The notes below the pieces were generated by a model, which saw only the letters and a list, made by a program, of their open reading frames with translations, was not told the origin of the DNA and did not search any database. From an uncultured Nitrososphaerota archaeon (GTDB lineage: Archaea > Thermoproteota > Nitrososphaeria > Nitrososphaerales > Gagatemarchaeaceae): a stretch of DNA of 64,000 nt. This document shows positions 63,195-64,000 of this stretch, one piece after another. Where the stretch lies: the NCBI GenBank assembly GCA_963838925.1, contig CAWISW010000003.1, positions 754,595-818,594 on the forward strand, read 5' to 3'. Made by a program: the position numbers and the translations under genes. Every line of letters begins with the position of its first letter. Positions within the stretch are counted from its first letter, which is position 1.

Positions 63195-63370
63195 GTCCGC
63201 TCGGCGCGAGAATACGTCGCGAAGCTCAAGGTGCGCCCGCAGCAAAAGCTGCTAGATTCAGGTTCCACTTGGTCAGTGGACCTCGCGAACTGTAGGGCCG
63301 CGGACTGTTTAGGTAGAGATAGCGCGGATTCTCTGAGTGACCGACTAGCGCTGGACGCTTGCGCCCGAAT

Positions 63371-63394
63371 GAGCTGGACTTTCTCGTCCAGCTC
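63371..63394. terminator. Perfect 9-bp hairpin between convergent genes
   Basis: GAGCTGGAC-TTTCTC-GTCCAGCTC abutting the stop of the minus-strand gene. Confidence 0.4.
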
Positions 63395-63953
63395 TACTCG
63401 GACTTCAGCATGTACCAGTTGAGCAGGCCTATCAGGACGCCCAGGAGCGCTACGCCGATGAAGGCGGCCTCGACGATAGGAGGCATGTCGTAGAACAGGC
63501 TAGACGAGTCGCTCGAGAGCGCCGGAATGATGTCAGCCTGAATGACCGCAGAGACGACGATCGCGTTGCCTCCGTGGGAGAGGTAGCTGCCGCCCACGTA
63601 GCCTATCGCCGCCATTAGACCGCAGGCGCCGAGGTCCCGACCTCGAAGACGATGAGGTGGAGGGAGCTCAGGAGGTTGTTCGCCTTGGTCTTGCCCCAGA
63701 ACTTGGAGGAGAAGTAGTAGCTCAGGCCGAAGAACATCGACCCGAAGACTCCGACAAGGATCCAGATGATCCACGCGATAAGGACCCGAGTTCCGGGCCA
63801 CTGTATGTCCATCGTGGAGAGGCAGCCGAAGAGCCCTGGAGGCGTCGCGATGCAGAGATTCGGGTCCAGGATGGGGAGGGTAAAGACGAAAGCCAGAAAG
63901 CCGTTCACAACAGAGAGCTTTAGGAACTCATTTGCTAAGTCCTCAGTTCGCAT
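63394..63953 (-). pseudogene. Membrane protein gene split by a 1-nt frameshift near 63635 (pseudogene or sequencing error)
   Basis: Frame 63615-63953 reads ...HLIVFEVGT and frame 63394-63801 continues LGACGLMAAIGYVGG...; one extra C in GGGACCTC would join them into a single TM helix. Confidence 0.7.
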
Positions 63954-64000
63954 TTTGCATTGGTGTGCAATCAGCCTATATAATTTTTGCTCGGCGCGGG

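Overview
High-GC archaeal chromosome segment. Gene order, fusions and content point to a non-ammonia-oxidising, heterotrophic Nitrososphaerota (Thaumarchaeota)-like organism; this lineage call is an inference. Positions 1-39.1 kb are mostly core genes: two proteasome beta subunits, rtcA, nadM, egsA, aCPSF1, sepF, Lsm, a beta-oxidation cluster, Pop5, KEOPS subunits, rps15, DHH, serS, rps3ae, ychF, rpl15e, truD, pth2, GGR, EF-1beta, FEN1, ribK/ribL and dph5. At 39178-39319 there is a tRNA-Lys(CTT) gene interrupted by three introns (15/16, 37/38, 53/54). It is followed by a ~1.46 kb AT-richer islet that ends in a duplicated tRNA 3' end with the spliced, intron-free junctions. From 40.9 kb to the window end is an accessory metal/redox/cell-surface region. 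It holds a NikR-type regulator, a Zn/Mn ABC transporter, a His-rich MFS, twin SnoaL-like proteins, a SET-domain protein, and an HTH-V4R regulator coupled to a PqqC homologue that appears to have lost its catalytic residues. It also holds two membrane-anchored PQQ beta-propeller dehydrogenases, a ZIP + multicopper oxidase + NHL cluster, and two pilin-like Thr-rich proteins ending in DxDGDG. The best candidates for undescribed biology are the pseudo-PqqC/V4R/PQQ-dehydrogenase module and the triple-intron tRNA with its intron-less att relic. All calls come from manual motif reading; no database searches were run.
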